A DNA stretch of 63,293 nucleotides, counting the filler, from Cladosporium halotolerans (taxonomy: Eukaryota), in the NCBI RefSeq assembly GCF_011745625.1. It is 10 parts of 10 records of this genome, joined end to end, with 100 filler letters (N's around TTAATTAATTAA, not from the genome) between each part and the next. Parts side by side here need not be neighbours in the genome. Positions count along the whole stretch, not along the records: positions 32,289 to 38,558 come from NW_027191654.1; positions 38,659 to 44,851 come from NW_027191655.1; positions 44,952 to 51,001 come from NW_027191656.1; 7 more parts are not named here. The stretch is one strand, 5' to 3'. Both the position numbers and the translations under genes were made by a program. This document shows positions 33,006-46,334 of the stretch, one piece after another; position 1 is the first letter of the stretch, and every line of letters starts with the position of its first letter. The notes under the pieces are model-generated. The model ran no database searches, was not told where the DNA came from, and saw nothing but the letters and a program-made list of their open reading frames with translations.

Positions 33006-36000
33006 CCCGGGAAGACGAATGAGCTGGGGCCCACGGGCGATAACATTCCTGCGGCCGGTCAAGGCTTGGGCAACCACGACATCAAGAGGACAAGTGACTG
33101 CGCATGACCGCTGGTCACGTGAGGAGCTACGGGTACTGTAAAGTAGCATTTGTCGGGCGCTAAATTAAGCATGACGGCGCTTGGTATGCGGACATGATTC
33201 GTTGACGTGGCAGGCTCAATGGCCCCTCCCCGCCTGTTCCCCCTTCCCCCTCGTCGTGTTCCCCCTCGTCGCGTGGCTTTTGCGGAAAGCGCGGCGGTAG
33301 AACGTCACGCGTCACATCTTCATGGACTATGAATGAAATGATGTTGACCGCGGCGCCGGCGAAATGCTTCTGGATAATCGATGATGATCCCGCCAGGAGC
33401 AGCCTCGCAACATTGGATTGGCCTCTACAGCGTTAAAACCAGATTGGGAGTCTCTCGGAAATCCAGGACTAGCCTCCAAGCCGGGGCATTGTATGCGCAC
33501 GGCGACCGTTTCCGCAAGCCCAATGCCGGAGAGAGTGCACTTTCGCGGGGACCCTGTGCAATCACTGTCGCGTCCTCTCCACCAACGTGAGCATGACTTG
33601 CTGCAGGATTTTGAGGATCATGTGCTCAGGAACATCGACTGCTATCGACACTCGAGCAAGTTTTCGCTGCCTCGAAATTGCGAGTTCTGCAATGATGTAA
33701 CCGCGTACATCTTGACCCGGTTCGATTTCAGACTCGGGAAGTGTGTCCAGAAACCATGGCGGGAGCACTGCCCTACAATAGTGGAGATACCCCGGTCTTT
33801 CGAATGGACTCGCTGCATCCTGATCCAACGTGCAGAACTTGATCGTGGTCGAATGGAACCAAGCAGGAGGCAGTCCCACAATTTCTCCGATTCCCATGCA
33901 CGATCTAGATGTGCGGGTCCATCATCAGCTTGGCGCGGGACTCCCGTGGCTGTAGACAAACGCCGCCCCAAAACTCGATGCGACCGAGTTGTCGAGCACG
34001 AAGTATTGATTGGGAGAGGCGATGAAGTCATGAGCTTTGTCTTTAGCCGACTCGTGGTGTCCGCCAGAGGCGGTCGATACCCTTCACATGACCCCGTTGA
34101 AATGAGGCATATTGCACATCGTGGGGCCCGATCACGATCTTCGCTTTGATGGTGCAGTCTGTACTGTGCTATACAGCTTCCGGAATGTATTGTCCATAGC
34201 TTCTAGAACCATCGTGAGTAGGCTGTGCCACTCTTCCCTAACAGTTTCCCTGAGTTGGGGAGTCTGTCTTGCGTTGAAATTCGTCATGAAGAGGGGCGGG
34301 GAGAACGAATCCACCGAACAGGGCTGTCGCTGAACAGAAAGCCTCCGGGCAGGGGCGCAGTTCGTCGTTGATTGCGAGGAGAGTGATGCTCAAGCTCATT
34401 ATCACACACTTCTCTTTGCCAGGAGCGATTGAAAGACCAAGGGAATCATTTTACATGTCAGAAGCAGCTGGCAATTATTCCAGAACATGGCTTGTTCTAA
34501 ATTTAGACATGATTCAACAGTTTTGCCGCGCTGGCGTCACAGTGAAGTCAAGCTAGGAAATTCAGGTACAAGTCCCAGATGCGCACAAGACGAGAGCGAC
34601 CTCTGTTGCGGCATTTGTAAATCATAGAAGCTGATGCTTGGAGCAGCGCTGTCGCGCAATCTGTGCGCCCCCTGCAGACGTGCCGCCAGGCCCGGGACGT
34701 GGAGGGTTGCGGAAGCTTTGGAGGCCGCAAGTTGCGGAAGCGGGCCGTCGTCCAGTATCTCACGAGGCGAGACGCGACCTCAAACATGAACCAATCGGAG
34801 CCGACAAACCCGAAATTGGCGCGCCTTAGCGTCGACCAATTCCGGCCCTGCGCAGGCTCCACACCATCATTGTCTGTCGACTGGACGCGACTCCGCCTCT
34901 GTCAGACTACATTAAATTACACCACCCTGCTACAGTAGACCAGCTCTAGTTTATGATGGCTTCATTATGGGCTTCACCACTGACGCGAGGGACCGGGATG
35001 CTTTGGCAACGTGCGTGCACGGAGCGACAAGTGCTCCAGATTCGATCGTGGCGTGACAGAAATCGATCGAGGACATGCCATTGATGTCGGGGCCGTTGCG
35101 CGGAAGGTGGGCAACTGGCCCGCGCACGTTGTGGCCTATATTGCATCATTCCGCTTAAGCACCTTAGATCTTCGCCAAGGTGAGCTCGAGTCAGACGAGC
35201 GGACGGCGGCTTCCCCAGCCGCCGGGGAACGAACGTCCGACTGGCGCGCGGTGGTCACCGCGTGCCCTGGCAGGCCGTAGGACCCCAGGCGAGCAGCCTG
35301 GACCCTACAGTAGAGACCTTTCTTCTGCTTCTCGACCATGTTACAGTGCTTGCAACGAGCACGGTGTCGCTGCAGCACCTGGTGCTGCCGATAAGATGGC
35401 AACTCGGCCAGTCTTCAAGGCTTGGCTGATTGCACGTATTTCGCTGGATGCTGACAGATCTACTTGTCACCCTTGTCCGAATGGTCTATACGCGTACGGA
35501 AGCAAGTCCGCTGTTTTGGCCCCTTCCGAAACACATCGGCTCAAGATTTGTTCTACACATGAGAAAGAAACGCGTCAATGGCCCCATTTTCGTTGCACGT
35601 CCTTGACACGACGAGCTCTATAAAGCCACTGACCGACTCCTCGTCATCTCAGCCTGGGGCAACGTCTTTCATCGTCGAGACCATTCTCGCCAGCTTGCAC
35701 GGCCTAGCTGTGGCAATCTATTCTTGCGTCGCGCTGCTCGTGTGGTACACGTGCCGGCTGCGAGGATTTGAACACAACGGATTGTGAGTTGGCACTGTGC
35801 GCTGGCCGCAACATCTCGTTCGTCCTGTCAGGAAAGCTTACGACAGTTTCGCAGCACAAGAACGGCGTTTTACGCTGCACTTCTTGCGGGTCTCCCAATA
35901 CTTCTAGACTCTCACTATTTTGGGAAGAATGCTCGAGTGTGCTTGCATATTATATGGCTGCTGGTGCAGTTGACGGCTGCATGCTGCTCTGTGGTTTTGC

Positions 36001-37246
36001 TCTGGCGGAGTCTCGGCGAACAGAAGGAACTCGCAGCGATCAGATGGTGAGTGTATGCTCGTGGAGAAACCTTTGAGCGCAGTACCAACCACTGCTGACA
36101 TGGTGCACAAAGCTTGTTCACATTATTGGCCTTCTTGAAGATTGCGTGCATCGCAATCTTGCGCTCTGGCGTCGGAGCTCACGCTTGGGCGACCCACATA
36201 GACCCTCTTGCAGTCTTCTTCATATGCCTGACATTCTCCCCCGATGTCGTCTGCATGTTGTCGCGTTATCTTACATTGTGTCCGAGCACCAGCACGCTCG
36301 AACGTATCTCCAATACCAGTTCATAGCGCAGACGGGTTGTCGAAAGACACGTAACCTGCCGAGCGGGCTGCGATCCGCTGCTTATCGACGCAGCGTCTTC
36401 TTCCAGCATCCGGGCGCCCCGGACGCCAGAGGTTCACCGCCTTCTCTCCAAAACGCACTCTGCGACGTCCCATCTCTTGAATGCACGGCACGAAAATCCT
36501 GCGCCACTGCATGGTAGCAGGCAAACTGCACCGGCAGGCTCGCGCATCCAAATCGACATCGAGGATGAGCAGGAGTCAGGCAATAGAGACGATGCACATG
36601 GTCGCGAGAGAAGGTGGATCACCATCAATACACGCCAGTACTGTACCAGCGCGTGATGCGCTCGACCGTCTAGGAGGCGGCCTTGGCTCTTGCACTTTCC
36701 ATCCTACGCGACCACCAGAACACGGTTGTCTGTCGTTATTTCGGCTCGATTGCAGAAATTGAAGAGTTTGATCACCGGACTCAACGTGCATATTCTTCCG
36801 TGGAGATCCCACAAATTTGGCGAGATGATGTTGCGCAGCAAGGGGTCTCCCACTCTCAGACATGGGATTGCAGTAGGAGCACAAAGTGTGAAGATTGCGC
36901 CAAGTCACGAAAAGCACACTTGCACGCCGCTCCGCGCCAAGAAGGTCACGGTCTGCCATGAGCTGCACACCATCCCCCCACGTAAGCATGCGAATGATTG
37001 ATCCACATGTCTACCGAGCGCCTGCTGGCAGGGATTTTTTTACCTGCTCTGTCTGTTCAAGGGATGGCCAGTCCTGCCTTATTCCCTACTGTATCCCATC
37101 ATACATTTATATGTCTCGGCAGCCCCAGTCATACCGAACCCCAAGCTCTTGTTGCAAATGGTGGCTAGACCGCTTACTGTAGTGTTGCATTTGATTCTAC
37201 TTTTCCACAGCCGACACTATAACCTCACCACGTCGAGCCGAGCTGA

Positions 37247-38059
37247 ATGCGCCCACTCGTTCATCGCACAATGTGGTGTCTAAGGGTGTCGGTTCTGTTC
37301 TGGTTCGCCGCAAGGCTTGCAGCCGTGTCTGATGCAAGCGGTGACGGCGTACCTCAGAAGTACTTCCACGAGTCGCCCGCCCGCAGTCATTCCGACGATC
37401 GTTTCGACAGAGGCCCACTGTCCAATGGTGAACGGCGCTCGCGTCTCTCTTGTCTGATTACCTTCTTTCTATCCACAATGAACGATATCGGCGTCGAAAC
37501 ATGGCTCATGCACGGCTCTTTGCTCGGGTGGTACTGGAACCGCAAGATCTTACCTTGGGACCTGGATCTGGACGTTCAAATTACGGAGAAAAGCATGCAG
37601 CACCTCTCCAGCTATTACAACATGACAGTGCACCGTTTCGAACTCCCCGGATCTGGTGTTGCTCGCGACTATCTGCTCGAGATCAACCCAAACTGGACCA
37701 ATACCAGCTTTGACGATGTTGATAACAAGATCGATGCTCGTTGGTTGGATATGTCGTCGGGGCTCTACATTGACATCACCACGCTTCGCTACGATGACCA
37801 TGCTGAAAGAGAGGATGGCGTAGAGGCAGTGGTGATGTGCAAGGACGGGCATCGATATTCGACGAGCGACATATTCCCCCTCGCAGACACCACATTTGAA
37901 GGTGTGGCGGCGAAAGTTCCCTCCGCATTTGCGACTGTTCTGGCGCAGGAGTACGGCGTTTCAGCACTAGAAAAGGCCGTCTTTGCGGGTCATCGATTCG
38001 ACGTGGTCAGGCAAGAGTGGATGCCTCTCCTGGCCTCGGAGCGAGATGTCCGTGATTGA
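37247..38059 (+). CDS. LicD-family (Mnn4-like) phosphotransferase
   Basis: N-terminal hydrophobic segment, KYFHE, TWLMHGSLLGWYWN, LPWDLDLDVQ, IDARW, GLYIDIT, CKDGH, IFPL..TTFEG. Confidence 0.9.
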   Translation: MRPLVHRTMWCLRVSVLFWFAARLAAVSDASGDGVPQKYFHESPARSHSDDRFDRGPLSNGERRSRLSCLITFFLSTMNDIGVETWLMHGSLLGWYWNRKILPWDLDLDVQITEKSMQHLSSYYNMTVHRFELPGSGVARDYLLEINPNWTNTSFDDVDNKIDARWLDMSSGLYIDITTLRYDDHAEREDGVEAVVMCKDGHRYSTSDIFPLADTTFEGVAAKVPSAFATVLAQEYGVSALEKAVFAGHRFDVVRQEWMPLLASERDVRD

Positions 38060-38773
38060 TTGTTGACTTGCTGGTGAGGCTTCAGAGCCAAGTCATTCCC
38101 GAAGATCGAGCTGAGACGCGGGCCACAATAGCAGCTGAAAACAGAAAATAGATCGACAATGGTCGTTGGAAATGGGGTCGACTTTACATACAACAGCTAG
38201 GCAATGAGATGAGTTTTGAAAAAAATTTCTTTGTGGCAAGATCCCAAGATCGAATCATGAAGAAGGCGAGGAAAGGTTCAATGAGTGTCATGCGGGCGCT
38301 CGCATTGTCGTCTCCGACGGAACTTGTGCGTACGTTGGTGGCATTTCGAATGCGCATGGATCGTGGCTCACTGGTGAGTATCAGTCGAGCCATTCGGCTG
38401 CTGTGCTTGCTCTAGTCATTGCTTACAATTGGGATTCCCTTCACCTTGTCCCAAGCTCAGAATGCCAACCTCCTGAGCAGGTTGCTGAATGGTGCTTGGG
38501 ATGCCGGCTTTTTGTGGCAGCATCAGCTTTTGGCAAAGCATTTGTTGGGCGAGCTCCCNNNNNNNNNNNNNNNNNNNNNNNNNNNNNNNNNNNNNNNNNN
38601 NNTTAATTAATTAANNNNNNNNNNNNNNNNNNNNNNNNNNNNNNNNNNNNNNNNNNNNCGATGTAAGCGGAAGTTCTGTAACCTTTTACGGTTAGCGCCG
38701 CCTTAGGGTTAGTAGGAGATCAGTGTTCTCCTCCGTTGCCTTTTGGCGAGGTATAAAAAAAATCGGTTTTATG

Positions 38774-38885
38774 GGATACGCGAGTACGTTCCGCTTCTCG
38801 CGTATCTCAAGCGAGTGACCCTATAAGTTAGGATACGCGAGTACGTTCCGCTTCTCGCGTATTTCAAGCGAGTGACCCTATAAGT
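38774..38885. repeat. Tandem repeat, 57-bp period x2, each unit with an internal hairpin
   Basis: ggatacgcgagtacgttccgcttctcgcgtat(c/t)tcaagcgagtgaccctataagt at 38774 and 38831; arms gatacgcgag/ctcgcgtatc. Confidence 0.85.
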
Positions 38886-39150
38886 CATCATAGTAACAAA
38901 CCCACGAAGTTACCGAGTAATGACCCTTACGAGACGTCATACGCGAGTACGCGGTATGCAGAATGATTAGATTCTACGCTAATTATTGGGACTTCTATTA
39001 CGACACCATTCGTGTTATAAGGATGTGGAAGACTGCTTCGATGATTTTCCTATCCACTACCGCCGCATCCAGCAACATATACACCGGAATAGACTCTCTA
39101 TTCAATCGAAACTTATTGATTGCATATTCAAAGACTAGGAAATAACTATC

Positions 39151-41344
39151 ATGGAGAACATCGACAGACGAACAAGCAAGAAATCGGGACATGACTTCGC
39201 CTGTCACTCAGGGAAGGGCCAGTCCAAGCAGCCTTCCGATTCTCTCGGTGATATTGATGACATCGATCTCTCACTTACGCGCCTCTGGCTCGGTCTCGCG
39301 GCCAGGAAGCACGACAGTGGCCGTGTCGAAATTGGATTCGCTTGCCATGATGGCACATATACCATGGATTCCGCGATCCATGTCCTCCATGAGGATGAGG
39401 ATCGCGAAGAGCTAAACCAAGCCAATGGATGTACGCAGAGCAGTGCGAATGCGATTGAGAGCTACATGATCTCAAAAATTCGTGAGTACGCTTACGACAA
39501 TGCATACCGTTTCCTAGGTGCGGGAGTTCCGGTGGAGCTGTCCAAGTTGTGTCCTAGCTTGACGACCTTGCTCTGGTCAGAGCTTGACATCGTGCCCATT
39601 GCGCTTCAGAAGGAAGACAGCTTTGACGATTTGGACGCAGTGGCCGACTCCATGGCTCGAAAATGCGTGATGTGAGTGCTTAACGCGCTTCCTGCCAAGA
39701 TTGAAACTTTGCTAACGCATCATAGTTTATTCGCACCAGACTACCAATTGCGCTTGGAGATTGGGCGCCAGAATGATGTACAGCCAGACTTGAACGGGCG
39801 GGCTTGTTTTGCTTCCTTGGAGCAATATCTTGGCTCTGTCGCTAAAGGAACAGCGGCCATGACGTGGAAATACGCCGAGAACCTCAAGCAGGGAAAGAAA
39901 AAGATTGCCTTCTTCAGTGCGACTCCACGTGGTGGTGGCGTTGCCTTGATGCGCCACTCACTGCTCCGATATTTCCGTCTTCTCGGGGTCGACTGTACTT
40001 GGTAAGTGCCGGTGCAGATGAACCCAGCGAGAAGTAACATTGGCTGAGACTCATGTTAGGTGGGTGCCGAACCCGAAGCCAGCAGTTTTCCGCATCACCA
40101 AGACGAACCACAACATACTCCAGGGTGCTGCCGGGCCAGATGATGGATTCACCGAAGAAGACCAACTGCTTGTAGATGATTTCGGCAAAGCGAATGCAGA
40201 GCGCTCTTGGATCAAAGATGGATGTCCGTTGGCTCCACGATCGAAGGGAGGCGCTGACTTGATAGTTGTCGATGACCCTCAAATGCCGATACTGGTGACA
40301 CTCGCCAAGGAGACGGATCCCCAACGCCCTGTCATCTTCCGCTCTCACATCCAAATGCGCCCTGAGCTCATCCGGGATACAAACTCGCAAGCTCATGCTG
40401 TATGGCAATGGATTTGGTCCCATGCACAAAAGGCCGACATATTCGTGGCGCAGCCAATCCGCGAATTTGTTCCAGATGATGTGCCAAAGGAGAAAATCGC
40501 ATATATGCCAGCAACCACTGATTGGATGGATGGATTGAACAAGCAACTTTCTGGAGAGACCATTCATTCCTATCTCTGCGAATTCAAGTCGCTTTGTCGG
40601 TGCACCCTCGCCTACCCAAAGCGAGAATACATCATTCAGATTGCAAGGTTCGATCCCTCCAAAGGCTTGGACGACTGTATCGCAGCATACGCAGAGTTTA
40701 GACGCAACTCTGAATTCTGCAAAGGCAGGACGACACAGCAGATCCCCCAACTCGTTCTCTGCGGACATTCCAGCGTCGATGACCCTGATAGCAAGAGGAT
40801 CTTTGATCATGTCATGACAACGTTGGAGGACTCCTACAACGACTTGAAGGACAGCGTAATCGTTGCCCGCCTTGGTCCTAGTGACCAGATGCTCAACGCG
40901 TTACTCACTTGCTCGCGCATCGCCTTGCAGCTCTCGACCGGCGAAGGATTCGAGGTCAAAGTCTCCGAAGCACTGCACAAGGGTATTCCCGTCATTGCTC
41001 GCGACGTTGGAGGTCTACCACTGCAGATCCAGCATGGAATGAGCGGCTATGTCGTGCGTGGCAATAGTAAGGACGAAGAAATCAAACAGGTTGCGAAACA
41101 TATCGAAACGCTCTTTGCCGACAAAGATGGCTACGAGAGAATGAGTTCTTACGCAAAGAGTCACATCAGTGACGAAGTTGGGACGGTGGGAAATGCGGTT
41201 TGTTGGATGTATTTGGCTGATCTCTTGACAAGCGGGAAAGAATTGAAGCCAGCCGAGCGATGGGTCTGGGACATGGCGAGGGAGCATATTGGAGGAAAGG
41301 CGGCAGAGGAGGAGGTAAAATTACCGAGAAACTTGACGACCTAA
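39151..41344 (+). CDS. ccg-9: Trehalose synthase/phosphorylase-like GT4 glycosyltransferase (ccg-9-like)
   Basis: Exons 39151-39671, 39726-40001, 40060-41344. Motifs FFSATPRGGGVALMRH, FRITKTNHNILQG, VDDPQ, QIARFDPSKG, EGFEVKVSEALHKG. Symbol denotes a family homologue. Confidence 0.9.
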
Positions 41345-41949
41345 AGCTCTGACGTAGAAGCGCGTATGCAAGATTTCACGCTCGATTTGGTACGATTGGA
41401 CTCTTGTGAACGATGATGCACTCCTGACAAGTTTGTGAGTAAAGTCAGTCAAGTTGTCGGGTCTTGACAGGGCCATCTTTCACAATCAGAAACTTACTTC
41501 TTGAGAGGTTCTTGCGTAGAGGTAACGTAAGGCTTCAGGTCCAGGATGATGATTCCAGCATCATGTAAACTTGGAAGCACGGAACTCTTAGCTGCCACAT
41601 AGTTTACTCGTTGAGACTAAAGCTGCGTGTAACATTACAATTTTGGGGCATGGATGTGGAAGACCGATGTGTAGCAATTGAAATCGAAAATTGTGAAGAA
41701 CCCAGCCTGGTTCTTGTAACTCACCCACTAAATGAGGTTTATTGAGTCTGAAGTCAATTCGCCGACGAGTAGATTGACTGCGTGATCTTCTTGCGGTCGA
41801 GGTTATGTACTACAAAATTGCTTCCGATACAGAGGCCTCGCTAACAAATCGCTCTGCTTTTGCACCCTAATCTTGGCTTTCTTCCCTCCATGCTTTACCG
41901 ATCGTTGCTACCTGAACCGTCAGTGGCTCAAGTCATGTTCCCAGTCGGT

Positions 41950-44463
41950 CTATATCATCGAGTACTGGGTCTCCCAAAGCGAAGAAGCAAATGGATCCTT
42001 TGATACCGCTCCAGCATCCGTCGGAAACAATGAGAAACTCTCAGTCGTATTGCCTTCCAGTAGCTTCCAGCCCTGTACCTCACTATTAAACCTCTGAGGC
42101 AGGATGGGGGATTCTAAACGTTGGTTGGCGGACGGAACCAAGGCTTCTGCGAAACCATCTGTGACTTGGTACAAAGGCTACGGAGAATGTCAGCTACTTT
42201 GAGCGGGACCCATTTCCGGCAAGCTTAGAATTGGTATTCATGCAATATACTCACAGTCAGTGCCCCTAGACAGCGAGATGCTGAAGAGTTCTTGCTTGCA
42301 AGTGTCTCGAGAAGCTCTTTCGCTTTTCTGCTACTTCCCTTTGCGCGAACCGCCAGCATGTCGTCCGGAGCTCCAAGTTCGACGACTAGAAGAGTCGTGG
42401 CGGCCATCACAAGTACATCAATCGTGAGAGGGTAGGCTTCGTAGAGTATTTTTTGATCGCGCATGGTCTCGGCAATACACACTGCGTCGATAGCGCCTTC
42501 CACGCATCTTGAGGCGGCCATGTCGGCGCTCGAGCTCCGATGCTCCATTGGCTTGAGGATGTGATGAAGCAATGGGCTGTATAGCACAAGCAGTACGTAG
42601 CAGTGCGTGAATCTCAGAAACAAATCCGTTCTGTGTTGCTGTATCAGTAACTTGAGAACGGTCCGCAACCGTGGGGATTTTACATACTCGGTGCGATCGC
42701 TAGAGCCGTCCTGGGAGCGACGTGAGCGTGCGACGTGCGTCGAAGCCCACATGTCAAGGGCATTGTTCAGTTCGTGCAGCCGCACTGAGTCGATAATGTT
42801 CGAGCTTTTACCCGGTATGGTGACATCAGTGAAGAAGATGATCTCGCGAGTGTTGCTCATGATCTCCAGCAAGTCCGCGTTCGCGCTTGCGGCCGTGAGT
42901 ATCTCGGGAGAGCCAACATCTGGAGCATGAGTGGGGCCGCTGGTCTGATCAATGACACGAAGATTGCGTGGTAGTCCCAAGGAGCTTGTGATGTAAGCAT
43001 CAAAGGCTCTCAAAGTGGCATATACTCGCTGGCTTACTGCTCGCTGCTTGCCGGACAGCCAATCAGCGGTCGCGGCTTCGTGCAAGCCCAGTTGGTGCCT
43101 GCGATGAAACGATGAATCAGCGAAAGTGCACTCGCATACAGGTACAGCATGGGACAGTCGAGTGCTGGAGGCGTAGCGACGGGACCACTTCCAGCGTCGT
43201 TCAGTGACGGCGACCTTGGACATATCTCAACGGACGAAATTGGGAGACCCACGCTGCGTGACCGGCTGTACTAACGTAAGTATGAGCGGCCCTTTTGGCA
43301 GATATGGACATCAAGTACATAGCCATGCACATCACTGTCTGCACAGCGGCGATGCTTCGGCTGCAATCTGCCAAGGGTATCAGCTCTCGAGCCGCTGCAA
43401 ATTGTCGAAGACTGTGACGAAAATTGCTGTTAACACTCAGGCAAGATGCCGCCCTTGCGCTGATTGAACTCACCCACGAGTCTCTGCCGAGTGAGATCGC
43501 ATTCCATCGAGACTGACCAAGTCAGGATCGTTGCGTTGCCCGAGGGCGAGGACCGCGTGTAGGAGGGCGAGCTGATCATCATCGCGGCCACTCTCACCCA
43601 GGACGCCCGCTTGGAGGGTACGATTGACGTAAGCGTTGAACGATTCGCGATCGAGAAAAGGCCAAAGGACGAAGGATCTGGCGAATGCTAGATCGATCCA
43701 CCGTCTGACAATGGCCTCGGACAGGAAGACTGGACTGGGAGGCGAGATGGTAGGCAGATCACTCGACGGAGCAGCACAGTCGAGAGCGTTGGCCATCTCG
43801 GCAGCTTTCTGATCCGGGTTGACGGACAAGTTGACGAAAGCGTCACAAAGCTGCCTCAACCCCCGCAGCACTTCAATCCCGGTCGTTCTCCCGCGGTAGG
43901 CAAACAGGCGTCCGGGAGATTCGTGTTCGCAGTCGAGCCAGAGGGTGTCGACGAGGCGGTCCGGGGCTTGGCTCGAGTTCGGAGTGCGGAGGACTTGAAG
44001 ACGATCATGCTGCCCTCCGGTCACCGGGGGTGCAGATTCGGATCGGGAGGGCAGGTCGCGCAGCCGAGCCTCCAGAGCTCGCACCTTGTTCTCGAGGTGG
44101 GCGATGTCTGGGAGCAGTGGTGAGCATTGCGCCACGCCGTGGGTGGTGAGGAGGACGGACACCTCAGGCTCGACTCTGGCTTGGTGCGGTTGCCGTAGGA
44201 GCATTGAAGGCTGGGGCGGATCAGCGATTGTCGGTCCGCCGGCCGAGCGTCTGTCAGAAGGGCCAGGGTCACTCACCCGGTGTCGATGCAGCTTTTGCAG
44301 CCTGCTTCGCCGTCGCATTTGGTCTTGCGCCTCCGACAGTGGTTGCACTGTTCCGAGTCTGTCAGCGGTGCACGTGGTGCACGTGGTGCACGTGATCGCG
44401 ACCTACCGCCCTCTGTGTCCTCTTGCGCAGGGAAACCCCCGACGGGGTATGAGCGACTTGCAT
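41950..44463 (-). CDS. Zn2Cys6 transcription factor with fungal-specific TF domain (multi-exon)
   Basis: Spliced RKRTQRA/CNHCRRRKTKCDGEAGCKSCIDTG/LQCSY...YIAHLENKV, WPFLDRESF, HQLGLH...DAYITSSLGLP. Introns have GT-AG ends and branch sites; stop at 41950. Confidence 0.85.
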
Positions 44464-45956
44464 GGCCGCACTGGGAGAAGCACGCGCGGTAGGTACGCGG
44501 TAGGTACGCGGTAGGCTGCAGAGAGCGGGAGGCCTATCCCACACATGGCTGCGCAGGAGGCCCAAGGTATTTCACGCGCGGCCGCACTCCAGCTCGACGG
44601 CGGCGCCTACGCCTCGCCACCTACCTTACATGGCTTACATTTCAGGTTGACGGCAGCGCCTACGCCTTGCCACGTAACGACTGCGTTACGGGGGTTGCGG
44701 GCGACGGGCAAGGATTGGCATGGAAGGGCGCGGTGGCTTATGACAAGGCCCAGAGGTCGAGGGCAGGCCAGAGCCAATCGAGCATGTCTCGCAGCAGGCC
44801 GACTGCAGGAAAAATGCCATTCCTGACCCGATGGCGGCATCGGCGGTCGGANNNNNNNNNNNNNNNNNNNNNNNNNNNNNNNNNNNNNNNNNNNNTTAAT
44901 TAATTAANNNNNNNNNNNNNNNNNNNNNNNNNNNNNNNNNNNNNNNNNNNNCGGATGTGAGACACAGAGGCGGACACTAAAGGGACACAAGCTGAGGATT
45001 TGCGACAGTTTAGGCAAGCAACTCCAGACACAAGGACCAAGCGAGCTCATTTCGTGCAATGAGCTCACAAAGACAAGCCTTGCGCAGCTCAGACTGCGTC
45101 AACAAGCATAATGCATGTATCTCCTTTTATGTGTACGGAAGGTTGGCAAGACGGAAAGGGCAGCGCGCGCGGTCAATACCGGAGGTGACCAGCCTGTAAT
45201 GGGGGAAAGAGGAGATGGGGAGAGACAAGGTGAGAAAGGTCAGCAGTTGTGACCACATGCGAGAGGCTAGGTACAAATCCTTGGTGGATTGGATCTTCGT
45301 GAATATGCGCCACCAGCAGCCAAGGTCTCGACCGGAGCTTTTCACGAGATGATCGTGGTGGAATTGCTGCTCTCGAAATTTAGATAGTTGAAGACTTGGA
45401 ATTGGATCAAGCTGATGTTTGGCGTCAATCCTGCAAAGTTCGGGAGAACTGGTTTTGTTCCTTCTAGTGCTCCGTTGAGATTCTTCGCTTCAGCAAAGCA
45501 GCGATACCCCAATGCCAAAAGCACATTTTGAGCGAAGGTAGCTTGCTTCACCGATGGCCTAACGCCTGTCAATACCGGCCCCGGAAATGGACGTCTCCGG
45601 GCACGTTGTTTTCAATCATCAATAGAAGGGCGGCGAAGAGTTTGACGCGATATACGTGATCCTTAGGGATAGGGGCGCCGAGAATCAAGTGAGTTAAGGC
45701 AATCGTCAAGTGTTAAGGAGCGTGATCTTGAGTCGCTCACCCAGGACAATGCCGATATGTTTGCATCAAGTCCTCTAAGAAACGATGGTCAAGGCGACTG
45801 TTCAAGTTGGGTGATTGTAAGGTTTGATCAGCATGAAGCCATCAAGCCACGGGCTTCCTCCTTCGCCTTTTGCCATCGTGGTCATCGTTCTCGTCATCGT
45901 CGAAGGTACTCCTCCATACTGGAGAGGCATTGATTGCGCACCGGCACTGTACGCTA

Positions 45957-46334
45957 CTATTTTCGCCTGACCAACCGTTGTAGTGACTGATGCTCCTGAA
46001 TCTGCGTCTTCAATACGCTATTCATGGTGCTCAGCTTGCGATGCTTATCCTCAAGTCCCGCAGTATTCTCTTCCTTCCTTGCACGACACTTAGCAGCTGC
46101 GAGCCTGTTCTTCTCACGATATGTTCCCCTCTTGCCTACAGCGTCCCCCTCATCACCATCGCTGAGTGCTGCGTCCTTTCTTCGATTGAGTCGCCCCACT
46201 GTCTTGCTCTTCGCATGCCGCTGGTTTGCAGCATTGTGGGCACGTTCCGATCTGCCAGGTCTGGCTTGCTCTGCAGTTTGTGTTCTTGCAGCCTCTGCGC
46301 TACTATCCCTCGCAGTGCGGACACCGCTGGTCAC
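45957..46334 (-). CDS. bZIP transcription factor (ATF/CREB-like), partial or degenerate
   Basis: YREKNRLAAAKCRARKEENTAGLEDKHRKLSTMNSVLKTQIQE. Zipper ends early; start not defined. Confidence 0.7.
   Translation of the reverse strand: MTSGVRTARDSSAEAARTQTAEQARPGRSERAHNAANQRHAKSKTVGRLNRRKDAALSDGDEGDAVGKRGTYREKNRLAAAKCRARKEENTAGLEDKHRKLSTMNSVLKTQIQEHQSLQRLVRRK

Noticed and set aside
33418..34149. 243-aa ORF
   Set aside because: Non-ATG start and no recognisable motif; unsupported.
44367..44514. Short triplicated motifs (ggtgcacgt x3; gcggtaggtac x3)
   Set aside because: Simple slippage repeats in an intron and 5' region; no spacers, so not CRISPR-like.
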